From assembly GCF_006345805.1 (NCBI RefSeq), contig NC_043011.1, positions 60,896,464 through 60,960,463 of the forward strand: a DNA stretch of 64,000 nt. The letters are read 5' to 3'. Under the pieces are notes generated by a model. That model ran no database searches. It had not been told where the DNA came from and worked only from the letters and a program-made list of their open reading frames with translations. The translations under genes were made by a program, and so were the position numbers. This document shows positions 52,926 to 64,000 of this stretch, piece by piece (the stretch's first letter is position 1; each line of letters begins with the position of its first letter). Source of the DNA: Octopus sinensis (lineage: Eukaryota).

Positions 52926-55550
52926 CCTCTTTCTTTTCTTTCCTTTCCTGAGCATCTAATAACACAGCGGTTGTTCCACGTTCTCGCATTGTTGTTTTTT
53001 CTGGCTTGTTCATGTTTGGATTGACCATATATAAATATATGCGAAGGGTGTCTTTCAATTATCGTCCACTAGACCCAGGTATATCGCTTTTGTAGTGCAA
53101 AACGTCTGCCCAAACTGCTGCTTAGTGGGACTGAACCTAAAACCAAATGACTGGGATGTAAGCTCATTTCCCACTCGCCAGCAACATTGGGATTTTTACA
53201 AACGGCATCCTGAATTAGCCATGCAATAATGCAATATTTGAGAATGGTATAATGTACCAGAAGGAAGCAGCTGGTTCCAATTTTCCGTAACGAATGTTAT
53301 ACAATTGTAGTTGTTCACCGATGTTTTGTTTAAGTTATTGGTATCCACATTTAGTTTTCTGTTTACAGTCTTAAGGTTGAATAAGTCTGGTAGTTCCAAA
53401 TCTCTTCATTCTGCCAAATCCCAACAAAGCAACCAAATAAACAAAACACACACAAAAATAAAAAAAAACAAAGCAAACAAATGCAAGATTACTTCTCCAT
53501 AATTGTTCGAGTAACAGGAAAGAAAATATAAAAATGTTACAGAATGCCACAAAGAATATATTTATAAATCTTATTACGTTGGGATATGATAAAGTCTTTG
53601 TACATTGACCTTAAGTGAAGCTGGGGGAGGATTGATGATATTACATAAAAGAGAAAGAGATGTCTAGTCTCATTCTCCAAAGAATAAACCAAAAATACAA
53701 CAAACAACATGGAAACGGTCATCACGTACGAAATCATTAAGAAGAAACATAGAGCGACAGCTATGTTAACGATAGGCTATTATTTACTCTACGCAATATA
53801 CGATAGCTTGCAACGCATATATATATATATATAACCGTATTTGAGGATCAACTTAGTGTAAAAATATCTCGAAACAAAGAGATACTAATTAAAGCATTCT
53901 GTAGTTTTAGTTGGTGAAATGAAAGGCAGTCTGTGAATTATAGTATTTATCGCGTTCATTAAACATGATAAAAAAATGTTGTTTTGGTTCAACTTAGCAA
54001 AACAGTGACGGCTAAATTACTCTTAGTTGTCGGCTGTTTCCAACGACGTTGTATTTGAAGGAAATTTATCACGTCGCTCTCATGATAAATAATCAAATAA
54101 CGAAAGGATCTTTTATTTACAATAACAAGACTATCAACGGCAACCTGATTGCTTGCGTGAAGTCGTACTCTCAGAATGTCTCCATCTACATGCAATTTTA
54201 AACTTACAACGACTAATTATGCTTATGAAAAACCTGGATGGCATTAAACGAGTTATTCACTGGAATGAGGCGTAGAAGACTCAGATGCGCAGAGGTTGGT
54301 TATATGAAAGCGTGAATAAAAAACGATATTAAAATGACATTCTTCTTCTTCTTCTTACTAGTGTTTTGCTCAAGAACACAACGCATCGCCCGGTCTGGAT
54401 ATCGAACCCATGGTTTAGCGATGAAGAGAGCAATACTCCTAACCATAAGGCCACGTGCTTTTCACAATGGAGAAAATAAGCCAACTGAATAAATAATAAA
54501 GTAAACATAGCTTCTTATTTAAGCATAATGCAAGTAAATTTGAGGGGAGGGGCGAGTATTCGCTACCATCGACCTTAGTACTTCAGTGAAGGATAAAAGG
54601 TAAAGTTGGCCACAACTGGCGTCGAAACACATACAGCTGCGCATTTCCCCGATGCTCCAAATCTTCCACCCTTTCTTTCCGACATTGACATACACAATCA
54701 GACATCTTCGTGAAGTTGTTGATTGATTATATCGACCACAGTACTTCACTGGTTCTTTGTTTTTTCGAATTTGGAAGGACGAAAGAGAGAGAGAGAGAGA
54801 GAGAGACTATCTCGGAGGGATTTCAACCCAGAATGTGAGGAACAGGAAGAAAGACCGCAAGACATTATGTCCATCACTATTAAAAATATATCCACAATAA
54901 TGGAAGCCTGGCTCCCTGTTTAACCTTTGAAATGTCCTTTGTATCATGTCATACACAAGACATACTTCCTTGCTGTCTGTGCTTCATGTATGATACACAT
55001 TTCCAGTTTTTTTAATCCTCCAGAGTAACTTGGGACTTACGAGAAAAAGGTTTTATTTTACTCAGAACATATGAAACAAAAAGTCTGAAAACAATTAAGG
55101 ATGGTTAGAAAAAACTGATGCAAACTGTTCGGCCAGGTAAACGGCTAACTATTAGTGGACATACCAAAGCTGTCGAGACCGATTGCAACTGGAAATACAT
55201 TTGGAATTAACAAAGTCCGAAACTCCAGGTTGAAGTGCAGAAGTATTATAAATGATACTGTTGTAAAAATATTTAATAATTTACTACTACGTTAAGATCG
55301 ATATACAACAGTAATTACCAATACAAAAACAACAGCGACTAGCCTGGAAGGGATCACTGACATGCTAAAAATAGAAGCTTGGTGGGAGCGTGGTGTTATA
55401 AGCCAGTACTTGTAGACTACATTTTTAGGTTCACAGTGGCCTCCAAGAGGGCATCGTTGAGAAACTCGACGATTGCAAGTTTTCTTACCTGCTCCGTAGT
55501 TGGAGTTTACTGTTAGGGAGATTGCGTTCCATCGGTTCATTCTCTCTCTC

Positions 55551-55616
<66 letters not shown>

Positions 55617-56578
55617 CAAACATGGGTGTGCGGGCGCGCACACTCACACACAATGTAAAAGTTTCCTATGAGATTGACTATAGGGAATGCAAAACAACGT
55701 GAGAGCACTTTCGTAATGATAGGCAGCAAAGATTTTGAGAGAACTCCACTCTTCACGGTATTTATACTTAATTCTTTCTGAGGCCGGGTCGTCAGTCAAA
55801 GGCGAGTACAACCTAACAGCAAGTACCATGTTTTCGTTAATTACTTTAAGTGCCTATGCAGACACGGATAAACATTGAAACCCTCTTCGCCGTGACGGCA
55901 TTTGACGCAGCAGGGCATTGAAAATGCGATAGGTGCAAGGGAAAAGGGGGAAAAGGGCTATATCAGCATTTGGCTGCGACGGACTTTCAGTCGAATCAAC
56001 TGGAGCAGCATGAAATGATGTGCCTTGCTCAAGGACACAGCTTACCGTCCAGTACAGGAATTGAACCGACGATATTAGAAACGTTGGCTCAATATCATAT
56101 GTACTAGTCTGCGCGCTCATCTGGAAAGGCCATCTGTAGGTCACTCATCTGGAAAGTAACATCTTGAAAGGAATAAAATGCATTTTGAGAAGCGGAGTGA
56201 ATGCAGGTAAAGTGAAACTATTTATGGATCAAACAAGACGTTATTGGAAAATGCATGGAACGAAAACACAGGAAAAAAAAAAAGAATGGTATAGATTGAT
56301 TACCGAAAGAAATATTTGACAGCATATGTCTGTCATGGGAGTTGGAAATGCTGTAAATATACAAAACAACTTCAATACAGTGACAGTGTATCAAGCACGG
56401 CATGTCAAAATTGAAAATATCAATCAACAAATATCATTAAAATAAGTTCATAAAAAAAAAAAAAATCAGCCCCATTTCCATAAGAAGAGCAATTCTTCAG
56501 ATTCTTTAATTCCCATTTGTTATTCTGTATATTTCTGACACAAGGAATAACTCTGTAGAATGAAATCAACAATATAAG

Positions 56579-56730
56579 TGCAGGGGTGGTAAGAAGCTTG
56601 CTTCCCAGTCACCTAGTTTCGGGTTCAGTCCCACTACGTGGCACCTTGGGAAAGTATCTTTTGCTATAGCGTCGGGCCGACCAAAGCCTTGTGAATGGAT
56701 TTAGTAGAAAGAAACTTAAAGAATTCCATC

Positions 56731-56732
<2 letters not shown>
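56579..56732 (+). mobile_element. SINE family A, 5' half
   Basis: GGGTTCAGTCCCACTACGTGGCACCTTGGG..CGGGCCGACCAAAGCCTTGTG. Confidence 0.8.
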
Positions 56733-56761
<29 letters not shown>

Positions 56762-56764
<3 letters not shown>

Positions 56765-57175
56765 GATAATATCAAAGGGTAATCAGAAATATTAGAAATT
56801 TCCATTACCAGTGGCCTAGCGAGTAAAAATAAAGTCAATAGACTATAGATTATTTATATAAATACAGTGTACATTTAAACACATAAGGGGCATCCATTAT
56901 AGGACTCCCTGCACCTTAGAGAGAACAGTTAAATTCCAAACTATTATTAGGGATGAAATTTCGAAGGAAATGAAAAATAAAAACATTCGCCTAGCAAATT
57001 ATTTTATTTGCTAAAAAAAAATCTGAAACGATTGGTCCAGGAGTTAGATGGTAAATGTTTCTATTTTTCATTCCCTCGAAATTTTATTCCTAATAGTGGT
57101 TTGGAATTTAATTGTTCTCTCTAGCGTGCAAGGAGTACTATGATAGATGCTTCTTATGTGTTTAAATGTACATTG

Positions 57176-57178
<3 letters not shown>
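56762..57178. mobile_element. Older fold-back remnant (arms ~56862-56987 / 57054-57178)
   Basis: Diverged inverted arms with (TA)n flanks; the left extension resembles 5525-5610. Confidence 0.65.
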
Positions 57179-57225
<47 letters not shown>

Positions 57226-57366
57226 TATATATATGTATATATGTGCTTGTGTATGTGTGTGTTTGTGTGTGTCTCACCACCACCTCTTGACACCCGGTGT
57301 TGATATGCTTATGCTCCTGTAACCTAGCGGTTCGATTAAGAAAAAGAATCAAACAGAATTGATATC

Positions 57367-57446
57367 TCTCTTTCCGAACTGCTAAGTTATGGGGACATGA
57401 ACACATCAACACCGGTTGTCAAGCGGTGGAGGTGAGGACAAACACT

Positions 57447-57481
<35 letters not shown>

Positions 57482-57652
57482 GCATATATAGATATACGAC
57501 AGGCGTCTTCTAGTTTTCGTCTACCAAATCCACCCACAAGGTTTTGGTCAGACGAAGGCTATAAGCAGAAAATACTTGCCTTAGGTGCAGTGGGACTGAA
57601 CCTAGAACCATGTGGTTGGGAAGCAAGCTTCTTACCACACAATCACACCTGC
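57367..57652 (-). mobile_element. SINE family A
   Basis: CCGAACTGCTAAGTTATGGGGAC...GCAGTGGGACTGAACC..GCTTCTTACCACAC; abuts an opposite-orientation fragment at 57255-57350. Confidence 0.75.
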
Positions 57653-59096
57653 ATTTCATTCCGTTTCGTGATCTACGAGATCCTTCGGTCCATGGAAAAT
57701 ATTGTCTTGTATGAGACCAGTCTGTGCTGCAAGAACATATGGTTATTACCGTTATGGAGGATTTATCCTCTAACTCTAACATGTCTTTAATTAAAATAAT
57801 TCAGGCCTATTTTGGAAATGAATTGCAACAAAATTTTACTCTTGTCAAAGACATATGTACTGTTGAAAATAAAATCGTACATTTAAATAAAATTGCGGTA
57901 GGTTCATTCAAAACTCAATATTTGCAAATAGGTGACTTTGCCTTTCCTTATCTAGAATGAGTAAAGGTTTGAATATACTCAAATCATAATAAAGAAGAAG
58001 AAAGACAAAAACAAGATGGCTATGTGGAAGGAAGTTTTAAAGTAGGAATAGTTTAAGCTTATATTTACTATTGCCGTCAATAACAGACATGCAGGCATTG
58101 AAGATCGTTGGAAACGCGCGGTTGAGCGGTTTCTGTTACAATTATGTAGACATAAGTCAACCTGAATTAGTCACTTTGATCATATATTTGCATAGAAGAA
58201 CAGGAACAGCATCAGCATCAGCAGCAACACTAATAATTACAACAACAACAGCTACAACAACAGTAAGAACAACGGCAAACCAACCATGTTATGAAGACTT
58301 ATCTATCAAGTATAATAATTAGAAGCGGCGAAGAAACGAACAAACAATCTTAATCAGTCAGTTTTTCTATTTCTGACACGCTGTTCTAGAAACGTCTTTC
58401 GTTTAATGTAACGCCACTAAAATCGCTGAAGCGTAAACACCATCTTTAAGCTGCGCCACTGATTGAATACATTACATTACACGGATGAACCTTTGCATGA
58501 AACACTTTAGAGAAATCACACATTCATGTATATGGATAGTCATACACACGCATACTCATCTATACATGCATACATATTGTGTGTTGTATATATACGTACA
58601 TATGCAGGCATATATACGTATACATGTACAAGTACATTTATACATATACATATATACATACACGCACTTATATATATATTATATATATATATATATGTAC
58701 ACGCATTGTTGATAGACATTTTTTTAACAGCTGCTATCACCTTCATTTTATTTTCCCAATGACATTCTGACACATTTATGATGTAGAATTAAATGAGAAT
58801 TTTCAGTGATTTTGATTCATTTTCAAGAATTATCTATTGACAGGTTTATTCTATTAGCGACACTAACAACTCTTCGACAGCCTTTAAAGCCTATTTTCGT
58901 CTGGTTATGTTATTACGAGGCAAGTTTGTCTTCTTACTGTCTTATATTGATTTTAATTTTCAGGTTAAACTCCAATTTAAAAATATTTTCTGAAGTCTAT
59001 TTTTGAAGTTTCTATTAGACATTACGAAACAATAAAGAATTAAAAACGCTTGCGCAATGAAGTGGATTTCAACTTTGTTCAGTTTCGCAAAAGTTT

Positions 59097-59110
59097 ACTA
59101 CTACTACAGT

Positions 59111-59186
<76 letters not shown>

Positions 59187-59210
59187 ACCACCACTACTAC
59201 TACTACTACT

Positions 59211-59249
<39 letters not shown>

Positions 59250-59250
59250 C
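59097..59250. repeat. (CTA)n/(CTG)n trinucleotide microsatellite
   Basis: Seen directly in the sequence. Confidence 0.95.
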
Positions 59251-60029
59251 GAAGAATTAGCGGTGCCGAAGAAACGTAAACTGTATTAATATGTAATGTA
59301 TTCATCAGCAGAGACATGCGGTGCTTTTCTTCCGTTGAATGTAACCGAATTTACCGATTGAAGCAATAAAAACCAGAAAAAGAAACCACAAACAGCAACA
59401 ACAACAACAAAAATAAAAAAAGAGAAGTAAAAAAAAGAAAAAAAAGAAACGAAAAAAATAAATCCCCTGAGCCTGACATGCGTTTAGACGAAAATGTTTC
59501 CCTTATACCTTTAAATACAGAAATACGATAGAATAGAAAAAGCAAGATGCCGGAGCTACTAAATTCTGCAAAGCGAATTCCTGTCTAGTTTTAGACGTAG
59601 ATTTCTCTTATGCAAAATGGAGTCATAGATCAACGAGTTTCCGTTCAGTGTCTGTTTTTGAAATGTTACTTCCGGTTGTTTTTTAAACGAATCTCTATGA
59701 CGCAGCACTGTCTAATGTTTCTATTGTTACGTAGTTTTCCGTATACGATAAAAAAAACAACAAAAAAAAGCCAAAATAGATAAGTTTGTGTTTAAGCATC
59801 AGTAGTAGTAGTAGTAGTAGTAATAGATGTGGTGGTGGTGGTGTTGGTAAAAGCAATTGTAGTGTCTCTTCAGCAAAGCATTCATTAACACTGTATAGAC
59901 TGTAGATTGAATCCTATATTTAAATAGAAAGTTCCACTGACATATAAAGCTTGCATTTAAATAGATTACCAAAAAAACCGATTCAAACTTAACGCACTTA
60001 TGTAGACATAAATACTAAACGATACAAGC

Positions 60030-60455
60030 ACTTTCTTTCTTTCTTCCTTCTTTTCTTTCTCTCTTTCACTCTTTCTTTCACCCTTTTTTCTTTCACCCTT
60101 TCTTTCACCCTTTCTTTCTTTCACTCTTTAATTCACTCTTTCTTTCACTCTTTAATTCACTCTTTCTTTCACTCTTTCTTTCTTCCTTCTTTTCTTTCTT
60201 TCACTCTTTCTCTCTTTCATTCTTTCTTTCACTCTTTCTCTCTTTCATTATTTCTTTCACTCTTTCTTTCACACTTTCTTTCTTTCACTCTTTAATTCAC
60301 TCTTTCTCTCTTTCATTCTTTCTTTCACTCTTTCTTTCACACTTTCTTTCTTTCACACTTTCTTTCTCTCTCTCTTTCTTTCTTTCATTCATTCTTTCTT
60401 TGTTTCTTTCGTTCTGTTTTTCTTTCTCTCTTTTTTCTTTCTCTCTCTCTCTCCG
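60030..60455. repeat. Pyrimidine-rich minisatellite (TTCACTCTTTCT-like units)
   Basis: Seen directly in the sequence. Confidence 0.9.
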
Positions 60456-60741
60456 TTTCACTCTTACATACACTTATAAACGTATATACACGTGCAGGTG
60501 CATTCGTATCCAACGCAACGTGGCACCGACCTAACTCACATTTACATATAAGTACTTTTAACACACACACACACATGCACACACACCCACACACACACAC
60601 ACACACTCTCTCTCTCTCGCTCTCACACACAGACACGCACACAGATGCGCGCGCGCTAACATACACTAATATATAGACAGAGATGAATAAAGACAGAAAG
60701 TTTGTCTGTGTGTCAACGGGTGAAAGTGAGAAATTAAAATA

Positions 60742-60925
60742 ATGATTTCAAATTTTGGCACAAGGCTAGCAATTTCAGGGGAGGGGGGGAAATCGATTAC
60801 GCCAGTCTTGGTACTCAACTGGTACTTGTTCTATCGACCCCGAAATGGTGAAAGGTAAAGTCCACTTCGGCGAAATTTGAACTCAGAACATGAAAACAGA
60901 AAAGATACCGCTAAGTATTTTTCTT
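60742..60925 (-). mobile_element. SINE family B
   Basis: ACTGGTACTTG..ATCGACCCCGAAATGGTGAAAGGTAAAGTC..TTTGAACTCAGAAC. Confidence 0.7.
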
Positions 60926-61444
60926 AACGAAAAGGATTTTTAAATTAAATATTAAAACTTGTTATTTATAGTTTTATTTGTTTCAAGATACACCGTCCCA
61001 AAAATGATTTATTTCACGTTCTCACGAAGTTTATAAGTACTTATGACGTCATATCAAGGCATCGACCAGAAGATCGGAAGCTATACATTGGCAGTCATAA
61101 TAAGCTGTGCATCGTTTTAGCTTTCGAATGATGCTATCTTACTGGCTTGGCGAGCAGGCCAGCATTCGCGCTTGGAGATACACGGCTCACTCGATCGACC
61201 ATCGTTTTTTCAGAAGCATGAAACTGACAGAAGCTCGAATCTAAATCCCGTATATATATTAAACGATATTTATCTTAAAGCATCAGTAGTAGTAGTAGTA
61301 GTAGTTGTTGTTGTTGTTGTGGTGGTGGTGGTAGTGGTGGTGGTGGTGGTGGTGGTGGTAGAAGCAACTGTTGTGTTACTTGAGCAACGCATTCATTAAC
61401 ACCGTGTAGACTTACCTTTTGTTGATCCCACCAATAACGGAACA

Positions 61445-61480
<36 letters not shown>

Positions 61481-61799
61481 AGTGGGGGTAAGTAGATTCA
61501 AAAGTGTTTTCATCAATCTGTAGGAGGAGATATCTGCAAATAAGTAATCAGTTTTTAGATTGCTTGTCTTCGTCGACAAGACATCCACCTCTCCTGTGAA
61601 ACAAATTAATCATTTCGTTGAACAGTTTTGCTCTGGCATTGACAGTTGATTCATTAAACCGTTGAATCCAAGACGTACTGAGAGATTGTCACGTAGACTA
61701 TCTGGCTTGTGACATTGACATACATACATATTTACATATATATATATATGTGTGTGTCTGTGTGTGTGTGTGTGTGCTTATGTGTGCAATTTTGTGCCT

Positions 61800-62000
61800 G
61801 TGTGTGTTTCTCCATCATCGCATAAGAACCGGTATTGGCTTATGCATCTCCCCGTAACCTAGCGGTTTTGGAAATAGACCGATAGAATAAATACTGGGCT
61901 TAAAAATAAATCCTGGGATCGAATTATTCGACATAAACATTCCAAAGTGGTGCTCCATCATGGCCGCAATCAAATAATTGAAACAAGTAAAAGAATAAAA
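61800..62000 (+). mobile_element. SINE family A, 3' half
   Basis: CCCCGTAACCTAGCGG..GGTGCTCCATCATGGCCGCA..GAAACAAGTAAAAGAATAAAAG. Confidence 0.7.
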
Positions 62001-62216
62001 GAATATATATATATATATATGAATAAAAAATGGAGTTAACGCAGGTTTAAACAAGTACTTTTACTTTCTACATATGTTTCAAAAATTCCACTGATACTTA
62101 TTCAAAAGAATAAAAGGTATAAACAATGCAATCTTCTCTTTTTTTGTGAGATTTTTGCTGCCCTGGTAACTATTGATTCATTTATCCGTGTTAATTGTTA
62201 ACAAGGTAAAATACAC

Positions 62217-62334
<118 letters not shown>

Positions 62335-62357
62335 GTACAGATATATGTATATATAAA

Positions 62358-62655
62358 GAGTAAAATCTATTTTGTCAACGTAAATTGGCAGTCCTGATTA
62401 GGACGATGTTATTACCTTTTTTAACCCCAGGAAAACATTTTTTCCAGCTGGCTACCGACGCACAACTGTATCGTTATACCTCGAACAAGGGAACTAATAT
62501 CGCCACTCAGCCTTAAACAAGCTGGAAAGGATGTTGGGGCTAAAAAATAGGTAGTAACATCATTCTAATCAGGACTGGCGATTTACGTTGGCAAAATAGA
62601 TTTTACTCCGTAGCACTGTTACTACTTACTTCTCGTTCAGACATTTAAAATGATA
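62358..62655. mobile_element. Fold-back remnant (arms 62358-~62450 / ~62520-62608)
   Basis: GAGTAAAATCTATTTTGTCAACGTAAAT..CAGTCCTGATTAG inverted at 62563-62608; short right extension; microsatellite flanks. Confidence 0.65.
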
Positions 62656-62671
62656 TACATACATACATACA

Positions 62672-62747
<76 letters not shown>

Positions 62748-62986
62748 AAAGGGGTTTGTATGATTGTCTATAGAGGAATATATATTCAAAGAAATTCCAA
62801 CTCTGTTTTTTATGTTTTATCTATATTCTTTATAATATTAATGTAGAATATAGAACATATAGTACAAATAATATAATATAGTAAAATGAAATAAAGTATT
62901 GATTGTCTTATTGAATAGATGAAATACTGAATATGAAATATTAAGGGACTAGTATACTTTCATGCGTTATAGCAGGCTTCAAGGTC

Positions 62987-63056
<70 letters not shown>

Positions 63057-63082
63057 AAACAAACAAAAGAAGAAAAAAATAT

Positions 63083-63720
63083 ATAGGACTAAACATTACA
63101 CTGGGAAAGGATTATATTAGAGTAAATTTGCTTCATGCCTTCTTCTGTCTTGATGCTGGATTATTTGAACAATTTCATAAGCCAAATGATCCTATTAAGT
63201 GCATAAATGTAACATCCAGCCATCCACCCACGACTGGGGATTAGTTAAGAATACTTCAACAAGAATTTGTAGATTATTCGCTAATAAGAAAATTTTGGAA
63301 CCTCGTACAGCTTATAATGCTGATGTAGGTAGGAGTGAAAATTAAATATATGCAAGAATCAGGCATACACAACACTGTCAATTTGTCCAGTAATAAAATA
63401 CATTGTACACCATCTCAAAGTTACTGTTCGTGAACTTACTCAGATCGAGAACACAGGCCAGGAAGAATTTGGTGACGGCATTGAACTACCAACCAAAAGT
63501 CATAGACACACACGACACTATAACCCGACTGCTCATAACACAGTAAATTGTTCCAATCCTGTACAGCACACTAGATCAAATAAGCCAAATAACAGATACA
63601 AGAATTATGATGTCCCCTGCTTCAACCCAATTTTGGGTTCGCATTTTTCAAACAAGATCGAGATCGATGGAAAATATTTTGCCGTTGTGGACAACTGTTT
63701 TCCAAACTCTGATACCATGC
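63083..63720 (+). pseudogene. Penelope-like reverse transcriptase C-terminal/thumb remnant
   Basis: IGLNITLGKDYIRVNLLHA..GLFEQFHKPNDPIKCINVTSSHPP / LVKNTSTRICRLFANKKI / VPCFNP..GKYFAVVDNCFP matches PLE GL.IT...VNFLDV..Y.KPND...I...SNHPP and WFNP..IG..F....D..FP; begins ~30 bp after a (TA)n tract. Confidence 0.75.
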
Positions 63721-64000
63721 CATTTTTAATCGGCGCACCGTGAAGGTATCCTACTCTAGCTCTACTAATTTCGAGCAGCTTATGCACCACATGAACAACA
63801 GTAAAATGCGACTGCAGTTCAATGACCCACCTACTAGATTTAGCAAAGATACGCATCTAAATACGAACGAAGGAGATGTAAACAACAAATACGGCCAAAT
63901 TGTTATAGTAGAAATGATTATAATAGCTAACTCGGTAACAACGTCGGAAAAGGAAGTCAGATTTGCAATATATACAAATAAATATAATAAATGCTCATGC

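Overview
Eukaryotic, AT-rich, extremely microsatellite-rich DNA ((TA)n, (CA)n, (TATC)n, (CATA)n, (ACC)n). The SINE families and repeat landscape point to an octopus (coleoid cephalopod) intron or intergenic region; that assignment is my inference. There is no intact protein-coding gene, tRNA/rRNA gene, CRISPR array or prokaryotic system, and almost all ORFs in the supplied track are microsatellite read-throughs. The recognisable content is transposon-derived: many tRNA-derived SINEs, a 3'-truncated Tx1/L1-type LINE with 5' monomer repeats, R4/Dong-like 3' ends in (CATA)n, Tx1-like 3' ends in (TATC)n, two Helitron remnants (one with both termini), mariner/maT remnants, MITEs and a ~1.9 kb near-identical tandem duplication. 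The most striking signal is a dense set of Penelope-like (PLE) remnants in (TA)n tracts. Many are asymmetric fold-back (inverted) structures, and together they carry 14 hammerhead-ribozyme motifs from about 7 sequence families, most with palindromic stem III loops and two families with unusually long stem II. One possible host terminal exon lies at 11740-12024. All coordinates were read by eye, so repeat boundaries are approximate.
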